From NCBI GenBank assembly GCA_963708295.1, contig CAVPSJ010000004.1, positions 864,001-928,000 on the forward strand: a stretch of 64,000 bases of DNA. The letters run 5' to 3'. Below, piece after piece: positions 27,300-37,399 of the stretch. Positions within the stretch are counted from its first letter, which is position 1. Each line of letters starts with the position of its first letter. This DNA is from an uncultured delta proteobacterium. GTDB taxonomy: Bacteria; Desulfobacterota; BSN033; UBA1163. The notes under the pieces were generated by a model that worked only from the letters and a program-made list of their open reading frames with translations, did not search any database and was not told the DNA's origin. Both the position numbers and the translations under genes were made by a program.

Positions 27300-28754
27300 A
27301 TGAACCAACTTGAAGCTGACATCATCGTTGTTGCAGCAGGGGCTTCCGGGTTGCCGGCGGCCATCACCGCAGCCCAGGGCGGCGCCAAGGTCATCGTGTT
27401 TGAGAAAGGATCGACGACCGGCGGGACGGGCAATATGGGGATGGGGCCCTTTGGCGTGGAAAGCAGACTGCAGCGCTTGAAGCAGGTAAAACTGACAAGA
27501 GACGAAGCCTTTAGGATATTCATGGACTACACCCACTGGCGTGTCGATGCCCAGTTGGTGAGGGCCTACATCGACAAAGCAGCCACCGGCATCGAATGGC
27601 TGGAGAAACTGGGAGTTGAATTTGTGGAGCCGGCTACTTATTTCCCCGGAGGAAATTACACCTGGCATCTGGTGAAGCCGGCAACGGGTCAGCCCGGACC
27701 GATGGCTTCGGGCACCATGATGAAGATTTTGACGGACAGGGCAAAAGAACTAGGGGTTAAAATTCTTCTGCAGACGCCGGTCAATAAGATTCTTAAACAA
27801 GGGGACCGCGTTACAGGGGTGGCGGCGGAAGACAAATCCGGGGAGCCTATCCAAGCCAAGGCCAAGGCCGTGGTCATCGGAACCGGCGGATTCGGCGACA
27901 ATCCGGACATGATCAAAAAATATACTGGATTTGAATGGGGCAAGGATCTCTTCTCCTTCAGGATCCCCGGCATGGTGGGCGACGGGATCCGAATGGCCTG
28001 GGAAGTGGGAGCTGCGCCGACTGAAATGACCATGGAAATGATCTACGGGATGCCCGGCGAATTGGATCCGAGACTCCATGAAACCTTTCGTCAGCCCCAC
28101 CTCATGGTCAACCTGTTGGGGGAGCGCTTCTTCAATGAAGAGATCATGCCCAATACCACATTCACGGGCAACGCAATCGCCAGGCAAAAAAATAGAGCGG
28201 CCTTCCTCATCTTCGATGAAAACATAAAGAAGCATATGGAGACCGTCGGATACGATTTCGTGAGCGTTGTTTTCCCTTTCACGAAAGTTGACAATCTCGA
28301 TGCCCTGATCAAAGAGGCCTTTGATAAAGGATACAAGGATGTATTCGTCGCGGATTCTTTGGAAGAATTGGCCGGTAAGACAGGAATCGACCCGGATGGG
28401 TTGAAAGGAACTGTGGAACAGTACAATAAATTCTGCGAGAAAGGCTGGGATGATATCTTTAACAAAAGTCATAAATATCTCAGGCCGGTGAGAACCCCAA
28501 AATTTTACGCCGCAAGACATTTACCCGGTGCGTATGGCACTCTCGGGGGAATTAAGATCAACCACAAGACAGAGGTTCTGAACAAGGATTGGAAGAAAAT
28601 TCCAGGGCTTTATGCGGTAGGAACGGACGCCTGCACAATATACGGCGACAGTTATGTCTTCGTTCTCCCGGGCAACACCATGGGCTTTGCCATTAATACC
28701 GGTCGCATTGCCGGGGAAAACGCGTTGGAATACATCAAGTCCGTCAGTCTGTAA
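27300..28754 (+). CDS. FAD-dependent oxidoreductase (fumarate reductase flavoprotein/KstD, FAD_binding_2 family)
   Basis: DIIVVAAGASG, FEKGSTTGG, IGTGGFG, GDGIRMA, VNLLGERFFNE, TLGGIKIN, PGLYAVGTD, YGDSY...GFAINTGRIAG. Confidence 0.92.
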   Translation: MNQLEADIIVVAAGASGLPAAITAAQGGAKVIVFEKGSTTGGTGNMGMGPFGVESRLQRLKQVKLTRDEAFRIFMDYTHWRVDAQLVRAYIDKAATGIEWLEKLGVEFVEPATYFPGGNYTWHLVKPATGQPGPMASGTMMKILTDRAKELGVKILLQTPVNKILKQGDRVTGVAAEDKSGEPIQAKAKAVVIGTGGFGDNPDMIKKYTGFEWGKDLFSFRIPGMVGDGIRMAWEVGAAPTEMTMEMIYGMPGELDPRLHETFRQPHLMVNLLGERFFNEEIMPNTTFTGNAIARQKNRAAFLIFDENIKKHMETVGYDFVSVVFPFTKVDNLDALIKEAFDKGYKDVFVADSLEELAGKTGIDPDGLKGTVEQYNKFCEKGWDDIFNKSHKYLRPVRTPKFYAARHLPGAYGTLGGIKINHKTEVLNKDWKKIPGLYAVGTDACTIYGDSYVFVLPGNTMGFAINTGRIAGENALEYIKSVSL

Positions 28755-28759
28755 GCTTT

Positions 28760-28986
28760 TGACGGAATCACCAAATGAAGAAAGGGATGCGTGCTTTCGA
28801 ATCAAGGGTTTTGACGGTACACAGCCATTAATGAGCAAGAACGTGTCCACAGCTTTTAGCGTGGGACGGAAGGAACCGGAGTCGATCTCCTAGGCGGGAT
28901 TTTATCTTCCGGAGCGTCACCCCCTGCTCGAAAGTAGGGTGACACCCTCCGCAGTACTTCATTCCGATTCTCTTCTTGATTCCCAT
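28760..28986 (-). pseudogene. Small Cys-rich KYCGGC protein, degenerate/frameshifted copy (3' end uncertain)
   Basis: MGIKKRIGMKYCGGCHPTF..., with the shifted frame DTFLLINGC. Paralog of 33077-33389. Confidence 0.6.
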
Positions 28987-29012
28987 TCGGCTTTTGAAAT
29001 GTTCCCCTCGAT

Positions 29013-29783
29013 CTAAAAAGCCAGCCACCCTCCGTCCACGAAAAGGGTTTGGCCCGTGACGAAGCTCGATGCTTCCGAGGCGAGATAGATGGCTGCTCCG
29101 ATAATCTCTTCGGGCTTACCAAATCTTCCCATTGGAGTCCTTCGGAGCAAGTTTTCTGAGATGATCTTCGATTCTCTCATCCCTTTCGTCAATTCCGTTT
29201 CGAGATAGGCCGGGCCAATGGCATTAACCTGGATGTTATGCTTCGCCCATTCGATGGCGAGGACTTTGGTCAATTGGAGAATCCCCCCTTTTGTGACACA
29301 ATAGGCAACTTGTCGGGGAAAACCCACCACAGCTCCCACAGAGGCCATATTAATAATCTTTCCTCGTCCCTGTTGAATCATTACCTTCCCTACAGCCTGG
29401 GAGAGGAGGAAGGTCCCAGTGAGATTGACTTTCAGAACGTCCTCCCATTCGTCGAGGGTCATCTCCTCCGCCTTTTTCAAGACTGGACTGATTCCGGCGT
29501 TGTTCAGGAGGATATCGATTTCCGGGAAGACATCCAGAGTAGCTTCTATGATCCTTTGGATTTCTTCAGGGTTCCCAATGTCAGCAGAGACGGGTAGTAC
29601 TTTTCCCCCAAAGGCTTCTATCTCTCTTGCCACCCTTTCAAGGGCGGACAGATTTCTGCTCACAATAACAAGGTCAGCTCCAGCCTGGGCAAAACCCCTA
29701 GCAATGGCCTCGCCAATGCCCCGGCTCGCTCCCGTTACAATCGCTGTCTTTCTCTCCAGATTGAAGACCTTCAATCTATCCAT
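29013..29783 (-). CDS. SDR family oxidoreductase (gluconate-5-dehydrogenase/KduD-like)
   Basis: TGASRGIG, NNAG, YCVTK (YxxxK), NAIGPAY, GQTLFVDGG. Confidence 0.92.
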   Translation of the reverse strand: MDRLKVFNLERKTAIVTGASRGIGEAIARGFAQAGADLVIVSRNLSALERVAREIEAFGGKVLPVSADIGNPEEIQRIIEATLDVFPEIDILLNNAGISPVLKKAEEMTLDEWEDVLKVNLTGTFLLSQAVGKVMIQQGRGKIINMASVGAVVGFPRQVAYCVTKGGILQLTKVLAIEWAKHNIQVNAIGPAYLETELTKGMRESKIISENLLRRTPMGRFGKPEEIIGAAIYLASEASSFVTGQTLFVDGGWLAF

Positions 29784-31154
29784 ATTTCGAAACTCCGCAA
29801 TGAAGTCGCTATCCTCCAATCGAACCCCGCTTTCCTCTCCCTTCTATCAAAAATTCTTTTTGCTTTGAAAGTGGTTCGTTCGAGGGTATTGAACGGAACA
29901 AATTTAATCTCAGGTGTCACCTGACACTCCTCCCTTAATCCCTTCTTCAACGAAGGTTCAATCCTGGGGATGTCCTCTTCCCTCTTGCACTCCACAACAA
30001 CGGTGCATACTATCGATATTTAGCTGTGGATCTGTGGTCAGTTCGATGCAAAATTCGTCGGAAAGCTCACAAAAACTTCGGACAACCTTCTCCACCTGAA
30101 CAGGATAGAATTTTGCCCCTTTGTAAATAACCATGTCGTCTGCTCTTCCAAGGATGCCTCCCACTGAACGGGCATGGGTTCGGCCGCACTTGCACTTCCT
30201 CTTGTCGAGCGAGCCGAGATCATTCGACCAGTAGCGGATCATCGGGGTGGCTTCTTTCGTCAGGTGGGTGATCACAAGGACTCCGACTTCGCCGGGAGCA
30301 CAGGTCTTCTTCGTTTCCGGATGAATGACCTCAATCAGGAGATGATCCTCTACCCAATGAATCCCTGCCTTCTCAGAACATTCTGAAGCAACCGTTGGAC
30401 CGATCTCGGCAAGGCCGAAGTAATCGAACGCTTCAATGCCCAGTCCCTTTTCGATCTTCTCCCGCGTTGCCGAGACTTCGGCACCCCCTTCTCCACCAAA
30501 GCATCCTATCCTTAAAGGGATGTCCTCAGGTGAAATCCCTCTCTGCTTCAGGCGTTCAGCAATATGAAGGGCGTAGGAAGGGGTGGAGAGGAGGACCGTA
30601 GAGCCTGGGTTAAGGAGGTAATCGATCTGACGTTCGGTCATGGAGGCTCCAATAGGAATGACGAAGCAACCCAGTTCTCGAGCTGCGTAATGAGTGGACA
30701 TTCCAGCTACCCAGAGGCCATAGCTGAATCCGTTCTGGATAATGTCCCCTGGCCGAACGCCAAAGGTCCACATGGTTCTAGCGGTCCAGCGGGAGATATT
30801 TCTTACATCTCTAAAGGACCAGAGGTTATTGACCGGGGCACCCGTCGTTCCAGAGGAGGGGTGGAGCTCCGCCCAGGTTTCCGGGGGGGTCACCGTATGC
30901 CGGCCGAAAGGAGGAAAAGCGAGTTGTTCGTCACGAAGTTCTGTCTTTGTAACAAAAGGACAATAAATGATATCGCTTATAGTTCGCACATCGTCAGGCT
31001 TGACGCCAGCTTCTTGAAATTTTTGTCTGTAGAATTCCGAATCTCGATAGCATCTCTTCAACTGTGCTTTGAGCCGGCGGAGTTGAAGGGCCTCCAGCTT
31101 ATCCCTATCCATCGTCTCGATCTCTGCATCAAAATATTTTCGGGTTTTGTTCAT
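29771..31154 (-). CDS. paaK: Phenylacetate-CoA ligase family aryl/acyl-CoA ligase, frameshift near 30000
   Basis: PFVTKTELRD, HPSSGTTG, FSYGLWVAG, YFGLAEIGP, TKEATPMIRY, GRADDMVIYKG. The C-terminus continues in ORF 29771-29995 (TLERTTFKAKR). Confidence 0.88.
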
Positions 31155-31428
31155 TTCGCTCCTCATGTCGCAGATTCACGGATAAAAAACGTTTTCCGCT
31201 TTAAACTCTCCACCTTTCGAAAACACGATTTCGTCCACTATTGGGAAGGTCGGAGAATTGAGACAGACGATCTATCTCGCCAAGCTTTTCGTGTTAGCTT
31301 CACAATTCATGGAGGGATAATGCAAAGAAAGCATCTCAGGCAATTTATAGAAACACAGCTATTTTCTTGTATTCCTCGGCTCGTTGCTCCAGTATCAGCA
31401 ATTTCATCTTCGATTTCCTCCTTGGATG

Positions 31429-32619
31429 TTAAACAACGATGATCTCTTTCGGCGTCTTGTGCAGGCAAGGGCCAACGCCTTGCTCCGTCACAAGGTAGTT
31501 GTCAGTCAGAGAACCCCATACCGTCGCGTTGGTGGCCGCAGGGTGAACCGTGATACTCATCCCCGCTTTGATCTTCATCGGTTCATCTTGCCGAATCAGA
31601 GGCCGCTCGACGAGATCATACCCCTGTCCGTGGGCATAAAGCCTTCTCTCGGGAAAGTATCCCTTCTTTTGGAGGAACTCGTTGTTGGCTTCAATGATAT
31701 CTCTTCGGATTCGCCCCGGGCTTCAACAGGCTCAGGGTCAGCTGCTGGGCCTCGATAGAAACGCCGAAAGCATCCTGTAGTTCCTGCGGAGGTGTTCCGA
31801 TCGAGAAGATTCTCCCAAGCTCCGTGTAAAATCCTCCCGGACCGTTCACTTCGACCAACACGGAGACCTGGTCTCCTTCCTGGATCACCCGGTTCTGGAA
31901 GTGCCTGTGCTGAAAGGGAACCGGCGTCCCCGGCCGTCCGGATCCGACAATGACTAACCCCCGCTCGCTCCCGTTCATCGTCGTTGAATAATGGACCTCT
32001 GCATGGATCTCAAAGTCTCTTTTGCCCGGCTTGAGCACTTTCCTCACATGCTCGAAGGCTGCATCCTGAAGTGCCGCCGTCTTCTTGATCAGCTCAATCT
32101 CTTCCGGGCTCTTGATCACCTTGACCTGATCAATCGCATCGGTCATGTCTACGAACTTATACCCGACCAGATGTTTCTTCAAATATTCATAGAACGTGAC
32201 CGGAATGTAAGACTTTCCCACCAGTCCGATCGTTGCCCGTTTTTTCTCTTTTAAAACTCCGACCGCCAATTCCGCGTCATAGGTGCTGGTATAATGGACA
32301 GAGGAAAAGTAAGCAGCGCTTAGTCTCTTCTTCACTCCCCGTACCGCCCACGCGGGAGGAGCCGGTTCACCCGGTGAAGGAGCTCCCACGGCGATGAGGG
32401 TCATCTCGTCATCCGCGGGGAAAATGACTGTAAAGGGTAACTGTGCCGCGCCGAAAGGTCGCTGAACCACCTCACATATCCCCCGAGGTATTCTTCGTCC
32501 TGCCTCATGAGGAGAAAATCGACCTTGTTTGCCCGCATCAATTCACGGGCGGCTTTCCATCTCCGTTCCAGTTCGAAGTCGGAAATGCATGTCGTCAGTC
32601 TTTCTTTCGGATCTGCCAT
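31429..32619 (-). CDS. M24 (Xaa-Pro peptidase/creatinase) fold protein, frameshifts near 32437 and 31700
   Basis: ISDFELERRW, GGYVRWF, IKSPEEIELIK, GPGGFYTELGR. The final frame gives LYAHGQGYDLVERP...ITVHP...DNYLV...HKTPKEIIVV-TAA. Confidence 0.88.
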
Positions 32620-32717
32620 TAGAATCTCTCCTTTTCTTTCTTCGCTTGAACCTGTGAAATGTGTTGAACATTGTGTTCTTAACAAAAGCAGGTACCGATG
32701 TCAAGCACGTGGATGGC

Positions 32718-32733
32718 TGCATAGCTCAGACCA
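32718..32733 (-). promoter_or_regulatory. Possible sigma-54 promoter for the M24-paaK-SDR unit
   Basis: Minus strand TGGTCTGAGCTATGCA has GG-N10-GC spacing and lies about 100 nt upstream of the M24 start. Imperfect consensus. Confidence 0.4.
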
Positions 32734-33076
32734 TTTACACCCAAAGCCCAACTATTTCGTTCCTACCCAATAATGCGAACCTTAACAACTTCCATTTTTA
32801 TTATTGTTTGAATTTGGCCAAGAAAGGAAGGGTGGTCTATAGTACTACAGAAATAAGTGTTATAATGAGCTGCAAAAGTTTAATTTTCAGTTCCACCAAG
32901 AAAGATGAAAGGTTTTGTAATTTCTTGATGGAGAGATGCAAGGAATGAATCCGGTTCAACTTAAGGGGAAAACAGCAATCATAACGGTGCCAGCCGGGGT
33001 ATCGTCCTTGCCGGTGCTGACATCGGAAATCTTTCTACCCTCGAAGAAGCCGTAACGTTGATAGGCCCGGTAATAC

Positions 33077-33389
33077 ATGAAATCCCGCAAAAGGAAAGTA
33101 GGAATTGAAAAGAGGATCGGCGTGAAATATTGCGGGGGATGCAATCCCACGTACGACCGGATGCAAGTGGTCCGGAAGCTAAGGTCCTGTTTCGTGAATC
33201 GATTCTATTTCTTTCTGCCGAAATCGAAAAAATTTGAATGGGTTGCTTTTCGTCAATGGTTGTCACCGTTCCTGTGCGGTTGAAAACGGAGATCCAAACG
33301 ACTCGGCTTCTTTTTCGATTTCCGGAGAAAATGAATTGCCTTTGCTGATCCATTGGCTGACCACCCTTGAGGAGAACGAAAAGAATTAA
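33077..33389 (+). CDS. Small Cys-rich hypothetical protein (KYCGGCNP...NGCxxxCA), frameshifted
   Basis: RIGVKYCGGCNPTYDR. The shifted frame gives LLFVNGCHRSCAVE...EENEKN-TAA (33387-33389). Confidence 0.7.
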
Positions 33390-33433
33390 TTCATTAGCCT
33401 CTTTCCGATCCGAGGACGACTAAGGAGACCTTC

Positions 33434-34878
33434 ATGAAGCCTATTATGACAAAAAAGGATTATATTCAGAGCCTCAAAGAACTCCATCACGCGGTCTATT
33501 ATAACGGGAAGCGCGTGGAGGATGTGACCGAGCACCCTGCCCTCCGGCCCCATATCAATGCGGCGGCCCTTACCTACGAGCTCGCTCTCCGCCCGGAACA
33601 TGAAGCGCTGATGACGGCGGTCTCTCATCTTTCGGGCAAAAAGATCAATCGGTTCACCCATATTCATCAAACCGTGGATGACTTGATCAAGAAAGTCCAG
33701 ATGCTCCGTCTCATTGCCCACGAGACAGGGCTCCTGTTTCCAGCGGTGCGTGGGACTTGACGCGTTAAACGCGGTCTATATGACCGCTTATGACATCGAT
33801 CAAAAATATAAGACAGACTATTTCGAGAAATTCAAGAAATATCTTCTTCATGTCCAGGAAAGCAATGTGATGGTGGTCGGCGGAATGACCGACCCGAAGG
33901 GTGACCGGTCCCTTTCTCCGTCCAAACAGGCAGACCCCGATCTTTTTACCCACGTGGTCCTGCGGCGGTCAGACGGCATTGTGATCCGCGGGGCAAAGGC
34001 CCATATGACCGGCGGCATCAATTCCCATGAGATTTTGCTCATGCCCACTCAAGCGATGAAAGAAGAAGAAAAAGACTACGCCTTGTCCTGCGCGGTGCCA
34101 TTGAACGCTCCTGGGGTGATCCTTATTTTCGGCCGTCAGACCAATGAAGAACGCAAATGCGAAGAGGGATTCGATGCCGGAAACACCCAATTCGGGTTGG
34201 TGGGAGGAGAGGCCCTCATCGTCTTTGAAGACGTCTTTGTTCCATGGGAGAACGTTTTTCTTTGCGGTGAATATGATATGGCCGGACTGCTGGTCGAGCG
34301 GTTTGCCACGCTGCACCGCCAGAACTACGGAGGCTGCAAGGGAGGGGTTTCGGACATCCTGGTCGGAGCAAGCGCCTTGGCCGCAGAGTACCAGGGAACG
34401 GCAGGGGCTTCTCACATCAAGGATAAATTGGCGGAAATGATGCACCTTGCCGAAACGCTCTACGCGGGGTCCGTGGCTTGCTCGGCCATGGGTTACTAGA
34501 ACCCCTTCCGGGGCCTATTATCCCGATCCGCTGCTGGCCAATACGACCAAATATAATGTCACGCGCCATATCTACGAAATTGCTCGGTTGGCCCATGATA
34601 TTGCAGGCGGGATCGTCGCCACCATGCCCTTCCATGGAGACATGGAAAGCAGCGAGGTGGGCCGCTACGTGAAGAAATATCTGGCCGGGGCTCAAGGGGT
34701 CCCGGTGGAGTCGCGGATGAAGATTCTCAGGCTCATTGAAAACATGAGCGGTGGCACTGCGCTGGTTGAATCCATGCACGGCGCAGGATCTCCTCAGGCC
34801 CAGAAGGTGATGTACGGACGGTTGGGAAATCTCGAACAGAAAAAACGCTGGGCTAAACGTCTGGTTCAAATCGATTAA
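33434..34878 (+). CDS. abfD: 4-hydroxybutyryl-CoA dehydratase/vinylacetyl-CoA isomerase family, frameshifts near 33730 and 34497
   Basis: INRFTHIH, CFQRCVGLD, GMTDPKGDRS, GAKAHMTG, HRQNYGGCK, ESMHGAGSPQAQ. These include the Fe-S ligands typical of AbfD rather than HpaB. Confidence 0.88.
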
Positions 34879-34972
34879 ATCGAAAAAGGAGAGAAGAGAG
34901 GTGAGCCGGAATTCCATCCCGGACAGTCCCCTTTCTTCAACCGTTCTGGACAAAGGGAGGGCAGGTTGAAAC

Positions 34973-36242
34973 ATGGTTAAGAAAGGGAGGAAAATCGGAA
35001 AGGGAGATAAAGGGATTCGCATCCCTGAACTTCTCTGGTATGGCAATACGGAGACGACTTTACATTTCCCCTCTTCATGGTCCGTTTCTTTCTGCCCGAT
35101 GCAAGGAGAAAAGAAGAAACGACTGACGCCGGTGGGGTTCAAAAAAGCTTTCCGGCAACCCATCGGAACGAAGCCGATAAAAGATCTGGCCAGGGGGAAG
35201 CGGGAAATCGTCATCCTCTTCGATGATATCACCCGGCCCACGCCTGTTTATGAGATCGTTCCCTTCGTGCTCGAAGAATTGGAAGAAGCGGGAATCTCCG
35301 ACCGGCAGATCCGGTTCGTCGTCGCTTTGGGAGCTCATGGAGCGCATACAGCCAATGATTTTCGCAAGAAGCTCGGAGAGGATGTCCTCGACCGGTTTCC
35401 CGTTTACAACCACAATAGCTTCGATTATTGCTCCCACCTGGGTAAAACCAGCTATGGAACTCCGGTCTCCGTCAACAAAGAAGTGATGGCGTGCGATCTC
35501 AAGATTGGAATCGGAGGCTTGGTGCCCCATCCCCTTTCTGGATTCGGGGGAGGAGGGAAGATTATTCTTCCGGGCGTTGCCCACATCGATTCCATTACCT
35601 ATAACCATGGAACGCTCGTTCAAAATCACCCGGAATGCGTAGGCCTCGGAAAGATGGAAGGCAACATTCCCCGCCTCGACATCGAGGAAGCCGCGAGGAT
35701 GGCCGGACTGGATTTAAAGATCGATGCGGTGACAAACCTCCGCGGAGAGATTATCGGCCTCTTTGTCGGAGACCCGATCTTAGAACATCGCGAAGGGAGT
35801 TTGTTTGCTGGCAAAGTTTATGCGACCGTTCCAGCCAAAGGCATGGAGATCGTCGTGGTCAACGCCTATTCCAAAGCGAGTGAATGTGCCATTGCCTCTT
35901 TTATGGGTGTCGGCTTCGTTAAGGGAAGAGGGCGGCGACCTGCTGGTAATTGCCAATGAGCCCGGAGGACAGGCGCTTCACTACCTCTTCGGGAAATTCG
36001 GAAATGGCGACTCAGGGAAGATCAAAATACCCGAACAGTTTTCGAAAAAAGTCCAGCGGCTCATTATCGTCTCACCGGTGGTCGATCATGTCGGAGCCCA
36101 TTTTTTTAAGACGGCTTCTTCGATTATCTGGGTCAAAAACTGGGAAGAGGCATTAGCTCTCCTGACGACCAAGTGGGGGAAAAAGGCGAAGGTCGCAGTT
36201 TATCCAGATGGCACGGTTCAATACTTTCCGTCCCTCATATAA
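34973..36242 (+). CDS. Lactate racemase (LarA) family nickel-pincer racemase/epimerase, frameshift near 35915
   Basis: FDDITRPTP, ALGAHG, GKTSYGTPV, VPHPLSGFGGGGKIILPG, NHG. The C-terminus is in ORF 35805-36242 (KVAVYPDG). Confidence 0.88.
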
Positions 36243-36404
36243 AATTCTGAAAATAGATCTTTAAAATCGCCGATTGTTTCAAGATTTTTCAGCGGGACCG
36301 TGAAGAAGGAATTCTTCTATACGTTTCTTGTAACCGAAAATAGATAGAGAGAGAATAGGTCGAGGGACTTACTGATTTCTGGCTTCCCCTTCGCATCAAA
36401 GGAC

Positions 36405-37308
36405 TTAATCTTTTGTTACCTTCCTAGGTGGGAGAGTCACAGGAGGGTATGACTTATACATTTCGAGCTTTTGATTCAGCTCCTCCTTTCTTTCTTCGTA
36501 CATCCTATGACCCCGCTGTACCTCGCTAAGGTGCTTTGTCATCATGACCGGCGACCAACGGTCATGTCTTGATCCCTTCCTCATCAAAGACAACCTTAAC
36601 TTCACTCCCGGTTAGTTCTATTCTTCCTTGAATGCCGCACAGGGGACACTCCGCGGAATTTTCCCTCACAACGAGTAAGTTCTGGTGGCATAAGGGGCAG
36701 GTCCGAGCATCTGAGGCACCTACGTACTCCACTTCATTAGGGGGACGCTTGATCGCCTCCGCGATGTTGGAACCCAACCTCCTAACTCTTTTCATGGCCT
36801 CCTCGTTCAACAGAATTTGACCAGGTCTTGGGATATAGGTAACCACCATCTGGTCAACCAGTTTGAAGTCATGAGGCAGAAAGATTGCCATCAGAGGCAA
36901 TGCCAGGCTGATCCAATCTGTTCCACCGACCATGATATGGGCGCTATAATGAGGTTTCTGACGAAATCTCGTCCCGACGATCGCCATCCTATTTCCAATC
37001 ATGGTCAGGAAGCCGGGGGGCATCAGATGGAAGATCGGTGCACCCACTATGGCGCCGTCGCATTCGAGTAGTTTCTCGACGAAAAAAGGCATATCATCGT
37101 TTTCGATGATACACTTCGCACTCATCCCACCCTCTTTTAGTTCTCTTATCCGGCACGATTCACATCCGCTGCAAGGCTTAATGTTCAGATCATGCATGCG
37201 GATGATCTCAACTTCGGCCCCCAGTTCCTCGGCCCCCATGAGGGCTTCTTTGACCATAATTTCGGAATTTCCCAGCTTCCGACCACAACTAATCCCAAGC
37301 ACTTTCAC
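36405..37308 (-). CDS. Flavodoxin-fold flavone reductase (FLR)-like protein, paralog 4, frameshift near 36570
   Basis: KVLGISCGRKLGNSEIMVKEALMGAEELG, CSGCESC, VGGTDW, CPLCH...CPLCG. The tail is in ORF 36405-36605. Confidence 0.85.
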
Positions 37309-37399
37309 AGCAGCGACCTCCTTCTTTATCCTTCACCTCTGGTTTACTATGGAGAGAATCTGTTCCGGCAATTTTCAGGTGATGTTTCGCCCATGCCGC

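Noticed and set aside
29013-29783. Phloroglucinol reductase call for the SDR
   Set aside because: The context is tempting, but only generic SDR motifs are visible. It needs a phylogeny or assay.
32975-32995. Second sigma-54 box TGGCACCGTTATGATTGC on the minus strand
   Set aside because: The GG-to-GC spacing is 13 nt rather than the required 10.
33434-34878. 4-hydroxyphenylacetate 3-monooxygenase (HpaB)
   Set aside because: Same fold, but the CFQRC/H/C Fe-S ligands and ESMHGAGS identify the AbfD branch.
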